A stretch of DNA of 64,000 nt from Candidatus Poribacteria bacterium (GCA_965205015.1 OZ242029.1:4608001-4672000), one strand, 5' to 3'; shown: positions 8,569 to 18,171, counted from the stretch's first letter. Notes: generated from the sequence alone by a model not told the origin. Numbers and translations are program-made.

Positions 8569-9831
8569 CTACAAAAAAGTATTGCTTTCAAATAGAACAT
8601 TTGGATTGGTTTTGCCCCGGACGAATACGGCTTTCCCATCGGTTTGAAAACGGTTGTTATAGAAACGGATGTTGCGAATGCCTTCGCTCACACAATCAAC
8701 CGCGGCAGGGTTTCCATTAGCAGCGCGCGTTGTGGAGATTGTGTTAGCGTAAAAAGTTGTGTCCGTGATACCGCCGCTTGCGCCGGTAGACCAGAGGTGA
8801 ATACCGCCATAACGATTCTTCCGACCATCGTTTACACTCACATTGTGGCGAAGGACGTTCCCATAAAACGCACGGGCATCGCTGAATTGCGCCAGCAAAT
8901 ATCCGGGTCCATCGTTATCGTGGGAATAGTTATGCTGAACCGTCGAATTCCGCACACCACCGTCCAGATCGAACCCGCCCCCATCTTTACTGCTACCTGT
9001 CCGGTTGTGATGAGATTCATTGAACTGAATGACAACGCGGTTGGCGTCCCATGCCCAGATTCCAACGGGACCACCGCCTTCGTAATCGTTTAAACCACCA
9101 TTTTCGTAAGCACGGCACCGCTCAATTACCGCTCCATCTACCTGTGCGAGGACAATGCCGTTCCCTGAGTGACTCCCCTTGCCAGGGATGCCCGCGTTCT
9201 TATAGACGCTGCAATTGCCGAGATAAAAGTCGGCATGTGCATATCCCTCGCGCTCCGGATTCCACACACCGATACAACTGATACCTGCGTCACCGTTGTC
9301 ATGGCTGGTGGTGTATGTAATGTTGACATCACGGAAACCGCTCCAACTCCCATCTGGGGGTTCTGCCACGAAGCGGATCCCAGAATGCTTGAAATCGCTG
9401 ACATCGACGCGATGTATCCGAATATCTCGCAGCTTAATCCCACCGGGAAGTGTATTCATGAACAGGATGCCGGAATTGGTATTCTCAAACGCGCCAGCAC
9501 CGACAAAGTTGAGTTTGCTTAGGTGAACGCCTCCCATATTCTTGGCTATAAAACCGGTACCCTCTCCTGCGTCGATGGTGGCTCTACCGGATCCGTAGGA
9601 GCTTATTGTTACGGCGCACGGCGTGTGTCTACTGCTTTTTGTTACGGCACACGGCGTGTGCCTACTACTTTGCAGACGGAGACTTCCGGGGAAGGTTTGT
9701 TTGGCTTGAAATAGGACAGCATCACCCGGTAACACCTGAGCGGCATTTACGCGTGCAATACTTTGCCACGGGCATGTTTCGGATGTGCCGAGGTTTGAAT
9801 CGTCACCGAACAAACTCACGTAGTAATTCAT
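8569..9831 (-). CDS. Right-handed parallel beta-helix repeat protein (pectin lyase-like fold)
   Basis: YYVS..GDDSN.GTS...PWQSI, DGGGFDLDGG, Asn/Gly ladder repeats. Confidence 0.85.
   Translation of the reverse strand: MNYYVSLFGDDSNLGTSETCPWQSIARVNAAQVLPGDAVLFQAKQTFPGSLRLQSSRHTPCAVTKSSRHTPCAVTISSYGSGRATIDAGEGTGFIAKNMGGVHLSKLNFVGAGAFENTNSGILFMNTLPGGIKLRDIRIHRVDVSDFKHSGIRFVAEPPDGSWSGFRDVNITYTTSHDNGDAGISCIGVWNPEREGYAHADFYLGNCSVYKNAGIPGKGSHSGNGIVLAQVDGAVIERCRAYENGGLNDYEGGGPVGIWAWDANRVVIQFNESHHNRTGSSKDGGGFDLDGGVRNSTVQHNYSHDNDGPGYLLAQFSDARAFYGNVLRHNVSVNDGRKNRYGGIHLWSTGASGGITDTTFYANTISTTRAANGNPAAVDCVSEGIRNIRFYNNRFQTDGKAVFVRGKTNPNVLFESNTFL
9607..9672 (-). repeat. Two 33-bp REP-like palindromic units in frame inside the beta-helix gene
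   Basis: Minus strand GTAG-GCACACGCCGTGTGCC-GTAAC twice; encodes SSRHTPCAVT twice. Confidence 0.85.
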
Positions 9832-9841
9832 CGCAAACCGC

Positions 9842-10480
9842 TTAAAATACGTTCACGCCACCCAGTGGATGGCTCGGAATATAGCGGAGGTCGTTGTATG
9901 GATCGCGCTGGAGCATCATTGGCACCTCTAACTTCGGAAGTTTCAGTTCAGCGAATTTAACGCGTTGCTGGGGGGTCAGTTCTGCCGCGATTTCCTCAAT
10001 GATGTCCTTAATCTCGTCGAGATAAATCTCGCGTTGCTTTAGAAACTTCCGTGCCTCGTCTCTGAATTGGTTTAGTTCCCGCCGAGAACGCGTATCCATG
10101 AACCCACTTTCGTAGCGATCATAGTATCGTTGCGTCATACCCGCTCGAAATACCTGATAATCCACCTCTAACTGTTTCTTCTCAAAATCGTAATCATCAA
10201 CAATATCACGGATAAGTTTCAGTTTCGGGTGAATTGTCTGCTGCTGTGCCGTTGTGAGTTGCAATGCCGCTGAACTCTTGGATATATCGATCAGTTTGAG
10301 TCCGCCACACGCTTGCAAAAAACCGCAGAGCAGTAAAATGAAGAAGGGGATAGAAGCATGGAAGACTGGAAGCATGGAAGACTGGAAGGTTCCCCCCTCT
10401 TCCAACCTTCCAACCTTCCAGTGAATGCCTTCCAATCTCAGGAGCAAACGAAGAAATCCTGTGTCAGTCCTACAAGTCAT
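9842..10480 (-). CDS. Hypothetical helical lipoprotein (Spy/CpxP-like LTxxQ motifs)
   Basis: Lipobox-like LQAC, LQLTTAQQ and ELTPQQR; start taken as the ATG overlapping the upstream stop (uncertain, ATG 10375 is an alternative). Confidence 0.6.
   Translation of the reverse strand: MTCRTDTGFLRLLLRLEGIHWKVGRLEEGGTFQSSMLPVFHASIPFFILLLCGFLQACGGLKLIDISKSSAALQLTTAQQQTIHPKLKLIRDIVDDYDFEKKQLEVDYQVFRAGMTQRYYDRYESGFMDTRSRRELNQFRDEARKFLKQREIYLDEIKDIIEEIAAELTPQQRVKFAELKLPKLEVPMMLQRDPYNDLRYIPSHPLGGVNVF
10352..10435. repeat. 84-bp palindromic array of 8-bp TGGAAGNN units and inverted CTTCCA units
   Basis: tggaagac tggaagca tggaagac tggaagg ... cttccaac cttccaac cttccag. Confidence 0.8.
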
Positions 10481-11975
10481 ACAAGTCACCATATTTCGCT
10501 CGGAGGTAGGCTATATACGGTTCAATGGAGAGAGGGCCTCCAGTTGCGCGTTGAATAATTTCCGGTGCCGTATACTTCGATCCGTGCTGGTAAAGATTTT
10601 CTTTCAACCAATCGTGGAGCGTAGTAAACTCGCCATTTTCAATTTCAGATGGAATTTCAGTGTGTGCCTCGCATGCGGCTGAGAAGAATTGTGCCCCCAA
10701 AATATTGCCCAACGTATAGCCCTGAAATGAACCCCCAATCAACCCATAATACCAATGGACATCTTGCAAAACGCCATCTTTATCATCAGGAGGGACGATG
10801 CCGAAATCGGCTTCAAACCGTTCACGCCATGCACCCGGCAAATCTCGAATCTCCAAATTGCCTTCCAAGAGTGCCAGTTCGAAATCGAAACGCAACATGA
10901 CGTGTAGATTGTATGTAACTTCGTCCGCATTTGTCCGAATGAGAGAGCGTTCCACCTTATTAATGGCGCGGTGAAACGTCCGTAAGGGGACGGAACCCAG
11001 CTGCTCAGGAAAAACGCTTTGGAGTTGCGGATAGAAATGCTGCCAAAACCCTCGGCTCCGTCCGACAATATTTTCCCAAAGCCTCGACTGACTCTCATGC
11101 ACGCCCGATGAAGTACCACTCGCGAGCGGTGTGCCTTCCAAGTCCATGCGAATCCCCTGTTCATAGAGAGCATGCCCGGTTTCGTGTAGCGTGCTGAAGA
11201 GCGCATCGCCAAGGAAATTCTCTTTTGTACGGGTTGTGATCCGCACGTCGCCAAGCGAGAATTTTGTCATAAATGGGTGGTGTGTCTTATCTTGGCGACC
11301 TCGATTCAAGTCGTAACCGAACTTTTGAGCAACCTCTAAACCAAACGCGAGCTGCTTGTCCTCAGGAAAGTGTTGGTGCAAACAGGAATCGTCGGCGAGT
11401 GCTTGCGATGTAATGGCAGCAGCAATCGGCACAAGTTCCTGCCGCAATTCCGCAAAGACGCGACTCACATCGGTAGCCTTCATTCCGTAATCGCTGAATT
11501 CAATGAGTGGATCGGCGATGTGCTCATACCCCGGAAAGAATTCTGCCGCCTGTCGGCTATAATCCAGTGTTTTTTCGAGATAGGGACGTACCCGCTCAAA
11601 GTCGTTCGCGGGACGTGCTTCCGTCCACACTTGATAAGACTCCGATGTGTGGTTGGTCACCTCTGCCATGAATTCAGCAGGGATTTTGGTAGCCCATTCG
11701 TAGTCTCTACGCGTAACACGGAGCAGACTTGCTGCATCGGAATCGTAAGCGAGACTTTTTTCATACGGTTCGAGGGTGTCGAGTAACCTTCCTACTTCGG
11801 GATCGGTAAACTTTTCGTGTGCCAATCGGCGAAGTGTCGCACTTTGCCGTCCCCGAGCCGGGGCACCCCCGGGTGGCATATACGTGGTTTGATCCCAGTA
11901 GAGGAGTCCGGCGGCGGACGATATATCATCCACCTCAAGCAGCCGGGCTTTGAGTTGTTGGAATTTGGACTGCAT
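10470..11975 (-). CDS. M32 family metallocarboxypeptidase (carboxypeptidase Taq-like)
   Basis: HPF, DVRITTR, HETGH, HESQSR, IRTNADE, GVLQDVHW. Confidence 0.95.
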   Translation of the reverse strand: MQSKFQQLKARLLEVDDISSAAGLLYWDQTTYMPPGGAPARGRQSATLRRLAHEKFTDPEVGRLLDTLEPYEKSLAYDSDAASLLRVTRRDYEWATKIPAEFMAEVTNHTSESYQVWTEARPANDFERVRPYLEKTLDYSRQAAEFFPGYEHIADPLIEFSDYGMKATDVSRVFAELRQELVPIAAAITSQALADDSCLHQHFPEDKQLAFGLEVAQKFGYDLNRGRQDKTHHPFMTKFSLGDVRITTRTKENFLGDALFSTLHETGHALYEQGIRMDLEGTPLASGTSSGVHESQSRLWENIVGRSRGFWQHFYPQLQSVFPEQLGSVPLRTFHRAINKVERSLIRTNADEVTYNLHVMLRFDFELALLEGNLEIRDLPGAWRERFEADFGIVPPDDKDGVLQDVHWYYGLIGGSFQGYTLGNILGAQFFSAACEAHTEIPSEIENGEFTTLHDWLKENLYQHGSKYTAPEIIQRATGGPLSIEPYIAYLRAKYGDLYDL

Positions 11976-12104
11976 ACTATGCTCCTATTGTAACCCAAGT
12001 TGCTACGGACAAGATTTCGGGTGTGCGAACCCCGTTTTTCAGTGAAAAGCGTTCATGCGCCGCGAAGGTCTTGTCGCGTAAACTTTTCGTTTGCGCATCC
12101 ACGG

Positions 12105-12191
12105 ACACAAACTGGAAAGATTGTGCTACGAGTGGCACAATCTCACAGTTTATGCACTCAGGCACAGGAGACCCATGGTTCCCTATGCTAC
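12105..12191. repeat. Cluster of three alternating GTAGCA(C/T)A-type REP hairpins (REPIN-like)
   Basis: acacaaactggaaagattgtgctac / gtggcacaatctcacagtttatgc / ggcacaggagacccatggttccctatgctac; same family as 4981-5005. Confidence 0.65.
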
Positions 12192-12257
12192 AATTTCAAT
12201 CAGAAATGGTATTATTACTGGATTCAAACCGATTTAGAAAATGTCTGATGTTTACGC

Positions 12258-12953
12258 TTATCGGGCGTTTTTGATGCGTCCCCATGTGGTTGTGAGCTTG
12301 GCTTTAGGGTCTACGGGAAAACTGTCATCGCCGAAGAACTCAATTTCGCCAATTTGAAAGTATGCACCAGCCGGGTTCGATGCGGTGTCAAAAGTAACAT
12401 GCCGAAAAAACCGATACCCGGTTTTTTGAACGTCGTAATCTTCCCCTGCCTCGAAAAGGACGACTTGCAGTCGCTGATCCCAAAAGCTCTTCCCGTCGTG
12501 AGCATAGATAGTCGTAAACTTCTTGCCGTCGTTCGATCCCTGAACCTCCCACACTGTAGGGTCCCTCGGAGGAACATCGTTCGCTGAAGATACGGTGAAG
12601 TGGGTCAATGCGTACTGCTCCTCAAACTCCGCTGTCACGTGTAGACCTTCTTTCGGAATGCCGCCCCCACGTCCGCAGCACCATTTGTCATTGCTGGGGC
12701 CAAGGCGGTTATCGAAGACGTTAAACGCAAATTCACCGCCCGCGAATCCGGGTTCATCGTTGGCTGAGAAAGTGGCGTTGTAACCTTTATCTGCTTCAGG
12801 TTCACCATCGTCTTCTGGGTCGGTTAGGTCGCCTCCCAGCAGTGAATCCGTTCCTGTTCCCAAGACTTCCTCCGCCTGTGCCATATCGCTCGTGCTGATA
12901 ACAAAACAGGTTATCATCAACACAAAACCTACTAATACCAACATAATTTTCAT
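12258..12953 (-). CDS. Secreted F5/8 type C (discoidin/galactose-binding-like) protein with W-x-x-I-K tail
   Basis: Signal peptide ending AQA, RDPTVWEVQGSNDG, FQIGEIEFFG, tail VDPKAKLTTTWGRIK; start reassigned to ATG 12953. Confidence 0.8.
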   Translation of the reverse strand: MKIMLVLVGFVLMITCFVISTSDMAQAEEVLGTGTDSLLGGDLTDPEDDGEPEADKGYNATFSANDEPGFAGGEFAFNVFDNRLGPSNDKWCCGRGGGIPKEGLHVTAEFEEQYALTHFTVSSANDVPPRDPTVWEVQGSNDGKKFTTIYAHDGKSFWDQRLQVVLFEAGEDYDVQKTGYRFFRHVTFDTASNPAGAYFQIGEIEFFGDDSFPVDPKAKLTTTWGRIKNAR

Positions 12954-13203
12954 GCTGTTCAATCTCCCAGAGAAATGAATCTCACTTTTACGTGAGTTTC
13001 GCACTTCTCATGTTAATTTTAAAATATACTGATAGAATAACACATACACACCCCCATTTTCAAGGAAATGAACAGAATCTTTCAAGGCATCGCACCCCAA
13101 ACACCGTTCAGTCAAGACCTAACGTAGAAAATTTAAAGCCCTCCTGCCCCTCTGATAAGGGGATACAGGAGGGCTCTTCGATCTGTAGCGGATTAGCCAA
13201 CCG

Positions 13204-14424
13204 TTATTTCTCTGACTGCTTGAGGGATCCCCAGAGTCCTATCTGTTTTCGGAGGAGATGTGGGGCTTGTGGCACAAACGGCTTATGGTAGCCGGGTGTG
13301 CCAATATCCCCTGCTGCCCCGTAGTAATAGTCTGTATCGGTATCAGCTTCGGCATAGCGGGTATAACTCTGTCGCTCCCCATTGACATGCTTTGGGGCAA
13401 CCGGTCGGGATCCTCCAAAATCTTCGCCTGCTTTGGAGATAACACCGCCATTCGCGGTTCTCAAAGCCCAACCTCTTTTCAGCACATTGCCAATCTTCAG
13501 ATCGTAGACCTGATCCTCCGTCACACCGTCAAAACGATTTGGATGAACGGTATGCGTCACAAAGATAACGGCTTTTTCCCCAGGCACGGTGAAGTTGTCA
13601 ACTCGCACATGCTTAAACGTTTTATTGTTGAAATTCTGGTGTGCCACATAACTGAAAAAACAATTATGTAGCAGGATAGGGGTGGAATTCGGATTGTAGA
13701 GTTCAATCCACTGCGGTAGGTTACCGCCGCTGGTCCGACTCCAGTCGCGCACCATATACTCTGTGAGGCGAAGGGGTTGCTGTGTGACTTGCGTTTGCTG
13801 TCGGGCTTGTGTTTGTATCGGTTGTGGGGTGACACCTGTCTGTGGTGGACCTGTCGCTTGGACGGGATTTTGCGTGGGGTTCTGCGTGGGGTTTTGGGGT
13901 GTGCCATCGGGTTGAGCGAGGAGTTCCGGTGTTTTCGTGTCGCCTGGTACTCTGTTTATTCCACCTGTTTCATCTATCTGCACATCGGTGCGAGGTTCCT
14001 CATCAATACGGAAGGGGAGGATTTCTTCGACTTCGATAATTGGTGGTTGTGGGGTATTGATGGATTCCGGTGGTGGAGTCTTCGGGGGTGGTGGATCATC
14101 TGGGTCCTCGAAATCTAAATCTGGGGTGTCGTCAACAAAATCACGGAGTATGTCATCAATCGTATTTCCGTCGTCTCGATCAGCCCTATGGAGTGGACCG
14201 TAGTTGGGGTTAACTTTCGTCGAACCATCGGGACACCGCTTATACAAGCGAGCATGCCTATGCTGCCCTGTTCCAACCGCCCCGTCATCGCTATGACCTG
14301 GAAAGAGACCAGAAGGATGGTTGTCATGTATATGATCTACCCATTCTCCGTCCTCGCATGCACTTCCGCTATCCACTGCAAATAGACACAGGCTTATCAG
14401 CAACAGTCCAATCATTGTTTTCAT
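13204..14424 (-). CDS. Secreted protein: His/Cys-rich N-terminus, Pro/Gln/Thr linker, lamin-tail-like domain, W-x-x-L-K tail
   Basis: RBS AAAGGAG before ATG 14424; signal peptide; LRLTEYM...PQWIELYN...GTPG lamin-tail motifs; tail LWGSLK. Confidence 0.75.
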   Translation of the reverse strand: MKTMIGLLLISLCLFAVDSGSACEDGEWVDHIHDNHPSGLFPGHSDDGAVGTGQHRHARLYKRCPDGSTKVNPNYGPLHRADRDDGNTIDDILRDFVDDTPDLDFEDPDDPPPPKTPPPESINTPQPPIIEVEEILPFRIDEEPRTDVQIDETGGINRVPGDTKTPELLAQPDGTPQNPTQNPTQNPVQATGPPQTGVTPQPIQTQARQQTQVTQQPLRLTEYMVRDWSRTSGGNLPQWIELYNPNSTPILLHNCFFSYVAHQNFNNKTFKHVRVDNFTVPGEKAVIFVTHTVHPNRFDGVTEDQVYDLKIGNVLKRGWALRTANGGVISKAGEDFGGSRPVAPKHVNGERQSYTRYAEADTDTDYYYGAAGDIGTPGYHKPFVPQAPHLLRKQIGLWGSLKQSEK

Positions 14425-14779
14425 CGTATATCTCCTTTGAAAGTTCATAATCAACGCTGTATCGGGACACTCCCGATGCAATAAAAATAGCCCGCAACGG
14501 GACACTCCGTCCGAAACAGAATGCCTGCGGGCGCGAAAATACACCGACCCGACAGCGAACTGCCGAGACAGGTCTTGTGAAGTCGTTATGAAGCAAATTA
14601 CTTATCGTTTGTGGTGTAGAAGGGGGGGTAACCTGCTAACAGGTCGACAGAACGCCTCAGAATGCGTATATCTTCACACATACGCAGAGACTTTTTCAAT
14701 TGCGATAGCATACTGCACTTCGTCATTATCGTTCCCAGGTAAAATGTCCGATGCGGACGCAGATTAAGCAACTTGAATT

Positions 14780-14808
14780 ATTATACACAAACACGCGAAA
14801 AATGTCAA
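14780..14808 (-). promoter_or_regulatory. Consensus sigma70 promoter about 350 nt upstream of the lamin-tail gene
   Basis: Minus strand TTGACA-N17-TATAAT, perfect, with TG extension. Confidence 0.7.
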
Positions 14809-15028
14809 TTTTTTTATAGGGCGGGGCCATTTAGTTTTAAGAAATTATCAGACTTCACGCCATTTTTGGACGATCCGGTGCGGTTGGATGAAGATTATAG
14901 TAAAGCTCACAATTAAGTTTACACGCTCTTGGGGATCAAAAACGTGTAAAAAAATGGAAAACTTTGGACAAAAGAGCGATACTCCTTTGTAGTCAATTAA
15001 TAACAATTGCGAATTTTGTCTTATTTTC

Positions 15029-15046
15029 GTAACAATTGTGTGTTAC
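15029..15046. promoter_or_regulatory. Candidate operator upstream of pstS
   Basis: Palindrome GTAACA-N6-TGTTAC; TAACAATTG also occurs at 15001. Confidence 0.35.
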
Positions 15047-15081
15047 AATTTAGGTTAGAATTTTGTGAGAGAGGTAGCCTG

Positions 15082-16002
15082 ATGGGAATAAACGCTCGGA
15101 TCCGCTTCACGACTCCATATCTGCTCATCGCTTTGGTATGTTGCTTCGTCATGAATGGGTGTTCACCGAAAGACGATACAAGCGTTGCAAAGACAGAGGA
15201 CACACAATTCACTATCAAAAATAAAGGTTCAGACACGATGGTGAATCTGGCACAGGCATGGGCTGAAAAGTATACGAATGTCAGCATGACTGCCTCGGTG
15301 GAGGTGTCAGGTGGCGGTTCTGGAACGGGTGTCGCTGCGCTTATTAATGGCACTGTAGACATTGCGAATTGCAGTCGTCAGATCACGCCAAAAGAACTGG
15401 AACTTTCGACGCAAAATACGGGTAAAGTCCCGCAGGAATTTATCGTCGGCTACGATGCCCTCGCCGTCTATGTGCACCAAGACACGCCCATTGATAGAAT
15501 TACCATTATTCAACTTGCAGAAATTTATGGTGAGAACGGCACCATAAGCAAATGGAGCGATCTCGGTATATCGCATAGCGACTGTCCGAGTGACAAAATT
15601 ATCCGCATCAGCCGTCAATCCAATTCCGGTACTTATTTCTATTTTCGCGAAGCCCTTCTCGGCAAAAGCCGTGATTTCCGCATCGGTTCGTTGGATCTAC
15701 ATGGATCCAAAGATGTCGTAGAAGTTGTCGGTAGAACCCCGTGTGCTATCGGCTACAGCGGCATGGGATATGCCACCTCACATGTGAAAATGTTAGAGGT
15801 CGCTGCTGATTCCAATTCGCCTTACTATCCCCCGAATCTTGAAAATGTCCTTGCCAAAACCTACCCTATCGCGCGTCCTTTATACATGTATTCCCTCGGC
15901 GAACCTACGGGGGAAGTAAAAATATATCTCGATTGGATCTTGTCAACAGCCGGGCAAGAGATCGTTGAGAAGCTCGGCTTCGTACCCTTAGAAAACAATT
16001 AA
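15082..16002 (+). CDS. pstS: Phosphate ABC transporter substrate-binding lipoprotein
   Basis: KGSDTM, GGGSGTG, RQSNSGT, YPIARPLYMY; lipobox-like MNGC; start ATG 15082 after GAGAGG. Confidence 0.93.
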   Translation: MGINARIRFTTPYLLIALVCCFVMNGCSPKDDTSVAKTEDTQFTIKNKGSDTMVNLAQAWAEKYTNVSMTASVEVSGGGSGTGVAALINGTVDIANCSRQITPKELELSTQNTGKVPQEFIVGYDALAVYVHQDTPIDRITIIQLAEIYGENGTISKWSDLGISHSDCPSDKIIRISRQSNSGTYFYFREALLGKSRDFRIGSLDLHGSKDVVEVVGRTPCAIGYSGMGYATSHVKMLEVAADSNSPYYPPNLENVLAKTYPIARPLYMYSLGEPTGEVKIYLDWILSTAGQEIVEKLGFVPLENN

Positions 16003-16010
16003 AAATATAT

Positions 16011-16919
16011 ATGAACATCCTACGCAAAAAAAGCGCGGCGAATCTGCCATTTTCCGAAACAGCGATTGAATTGTTTATCCGTCTGTGTGGTATCAGTTCC
16101 ATTCTCTTTGTATTCGGTATCTTCTTTTTTGTATTTCGGGAGGGAGCGGGTTTCCTTTTCGGGGGTTTAGATTTAGGGCAATTTCTGACGAGTGTAGAGT
16201 GGCAACCGACCTCATTGAACAATAAAAGGTATGGGGCATTTGCGTTGATCGTTGGCACTTTCAGCGTCACCCTTTTAGCCATGTGTATCGCTGTTCCGTT
16301 TGGACTTGGGGCGGCAATCTTTGTATCTGAGTTTTGTAGCCCGAAACTGAGAGAAGCATTTAAGATCATCATTGAACTGCTCGCGGCCATCCCGTCTGTT
16401 GTGTGGGGGTTCATCGGATTGACTTTGATGAATCAATTGATTATTACAGTGTTCAAAGCCCCCATTGGGTTAACAATGCTCAACGGTAGCATCATGCTGG
16501 CATTGATGAGTGTGCCGATTATCGTTTCTATCGCGGAAGACGCGCTAAAAGCCGTACCGGATTCCTATCGTGAAGCGGCAGAGGCGCTCGGTGCGACTCG
16601 GTGGCAGGTGGTTTATCGTGTGTTGCTACCCGCCGCCAAAAACGGACTCCTCGCAGCTGTGCTCCTCGGTGCGGCACGCTCTATCGGTGAAACGATGGCT
16701 GTGCTTATGGCGACCGGGCACTCCGTTAACATTCCTTCAGGTCCCCTCTCTTGGATTCGCACGCTCACAGCAACAATCGCCGCTGAGTTGGGCGAAGTCG
16801 CAAGAGGCGATGAACACTATCAAGCCCTCTTTATCATCGGTATCCTGCTGTTTACGATTACATTTGTGGTGAATCTCATCGCAGACTTGGTGATTAAAGG
16901 TATCCGTCAAGAGTCATAA
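16011..16919 (+). CDS. pstC: Phosphate ABC transporter permease PstC
   Basis: ELLAAIPSVVWG, EAAEALGATRW, RSIGETMAV. Confidence 0.93.
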   Translation: MNILRKKSAANLPFSETAIELFIRLCGISSILFVFGIFFFVFREGAGFLFGGLDLGQFLTSVEWQPTSLNNKRYGAFALIVGTFSVTLLAMCIAVPFGLGAAIFVSEFCSPKLREAFKIIIELLAAIPSVVWGFIGLTLMNQLIITVFKAPIGLTMLNGSIMLALMSVPIIVSIAEDALKAVPDSYREAAEALGATRWQVVYRVLLPAAKNGLLAAVLLGAARSIGETMAVLMATGHSVNIPSGPLSWIRTLTATIAAELGEVARGDEHYQALFIIGILLFTITFVVNLIADLVIKGIRQES

Positions 16920-17003
16920 CATAGGAAACCGCAGGAAAGAGGCGCAATAAATTGTGCTACTACGAACAGGGTTTCGTTAAGGTATCCGTCAGCAGTCATA
17001 ACA
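16897..17003. repeat. 25-bp direct repeat of the pstC 3' end flanking a REP hairpin
   Basis: aaggtatccgtcaagagtcataaca (16897-16921) vs aaggtatccgtcagcagtcataaca (16979-17003); REP ggcgcaataaattgtgctactacgaac at 16941-16967. Confidence 0.8.
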
Positions 17004-17165
17004 CCGGATAACCATTTCTTTGAGGACATCTAAAGCACGTAGCTCGTAATGAAATTATGCCTTAAATGGCATAATTTGTCTTAGCTTTACATTTGGAGAG
17101 CGGATTTAAGAAACATACTTGATAGTTCAGACGCACGTTATTTAACCGCAAGGTAAAATTAAAAA

Positions 17166-18050
17166 ATGTTTACAGAAACAGCAATCAGCAAACAGAAGCG
17201 GTGGACAGAAAATGTGATGCGCATCTTCTTCCTTGTAATGACAAGCCTGATGATTCTTCCATTACTTCTCATCATCGGTTATCTTATTTACAAAGCACTG
17301 CCGGTTCTCTCACTGGAGTTCCTCTTCACGAATCCAAAGGACAACATGCGTGCGGGGGGACTCTGGGCACCCTTCTTGGGCACAATTTATTTGGTAGTCG
17401 TATCTTTATTAGTGTCGGCACCGATTGGCGTATTTGCCGCAGTATACCTCAACGAGTATGCCCGTGAGAGTTGGTTCACGCGTATCACGAATTTAGCGGT
17501 TGTGAATCTCGCGGGTGTACCGAGTATCGTTCACGCTTTGTTCGGTGTTGGCGCATTTGTGCTTTTCGCGGGTTTAGGAGAATCCATTTTAGCAGCGTCC
17601 CTCACATTAGCCATCATGACGCTCCCAGTCATCATCGCCAGCACAACGGAAGCTCTGAAAGCCGTCCCGATGTCCTTTCGGGAGGCGTGCTGGAACCTTG
17701 GGGCGACGCGCTGGCAAACAATTCGTCGTATCGTTATCCCGAACTCCATCAGTGGCATTTTGACGGGGGTTATCTTACAGGTATCGCGGGCAGCAGGTGA
17801 AACGGCACCGATTATGTTCACGGGTGCGGTTTTTTATAAAGCTATTGCGGAAGGAAACCTTTTTGCCTATAATATAACGGAACAGTGTATGGCACTCTCG
17901 CTACACCTCTTTACGATTTCAACACAGGTCCCGGACGTTACGGAAGGTATTCCATACGGGACGGCAGTTGTCCTTGTCGGCAGTGTCTTACTCGTCAATG
18001 CAGCAGCGATTGTGCTAAGGGTATACCTCCGAACCCGGAAAAAGTGGTAA
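17166..18050 (+). CDS. pstA: Phosphate ABC transporter permease PstA
   Basis: AAVYLNEYA, NLAGVPSIV, RAAGETAP. Confidence 0.93.
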   Translation: MFTETAISKQKRWTENVMRIFFLVMTSLMILPLLLIIGYLIYKALPVLSLEFLFTNPKDNMRAGGLWAPFLGTIYLVVVSLLVSAPIGVFAAVYLNEYARESWFTRITNLAVVNLAGVPSIVHALFGVGAFVLFAGLGESILAASLTLAIMTLPVIIASTTEALKAVPMSFREACWNLGATRWQTIRRIVIPNSISGILTGVILQVSRAAGETAPIMFTGAVFYKAIAEGNLFAYNITEQCMALSLHLFTISTQVPDVTEGIPYGTAVVLVGSVLLVNAAAIVLRVYLRTRKKW

Positions 18051-18171
18051 AATGGTTGTCGGTTATCGGACAAGAGGACTTTCGTGAAGATGCGCGCTTC
18101 TTAGAAAACTCCAAGCAAGTTCAATTGAAAGACTTTTTAGCCGAGAACCGAAAACTATTCCTCGAAAATGT

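Noticed and set aside
13846-13900. 12-bp repeats encoding PQNPTQNPTQNP
   Set aside because: Ordinary low-complexity Pro/Gln/Thr linker.
18050-18170. Short degenerate heptamer-like arms (tcggttatcgg...ccgagaaccgaaaac), with similar bits near 6620, 19700, 41700, 42770 and 43310
   Set aside because: Probably another dispersed repeat family, but too degenerate to delimit by eye.
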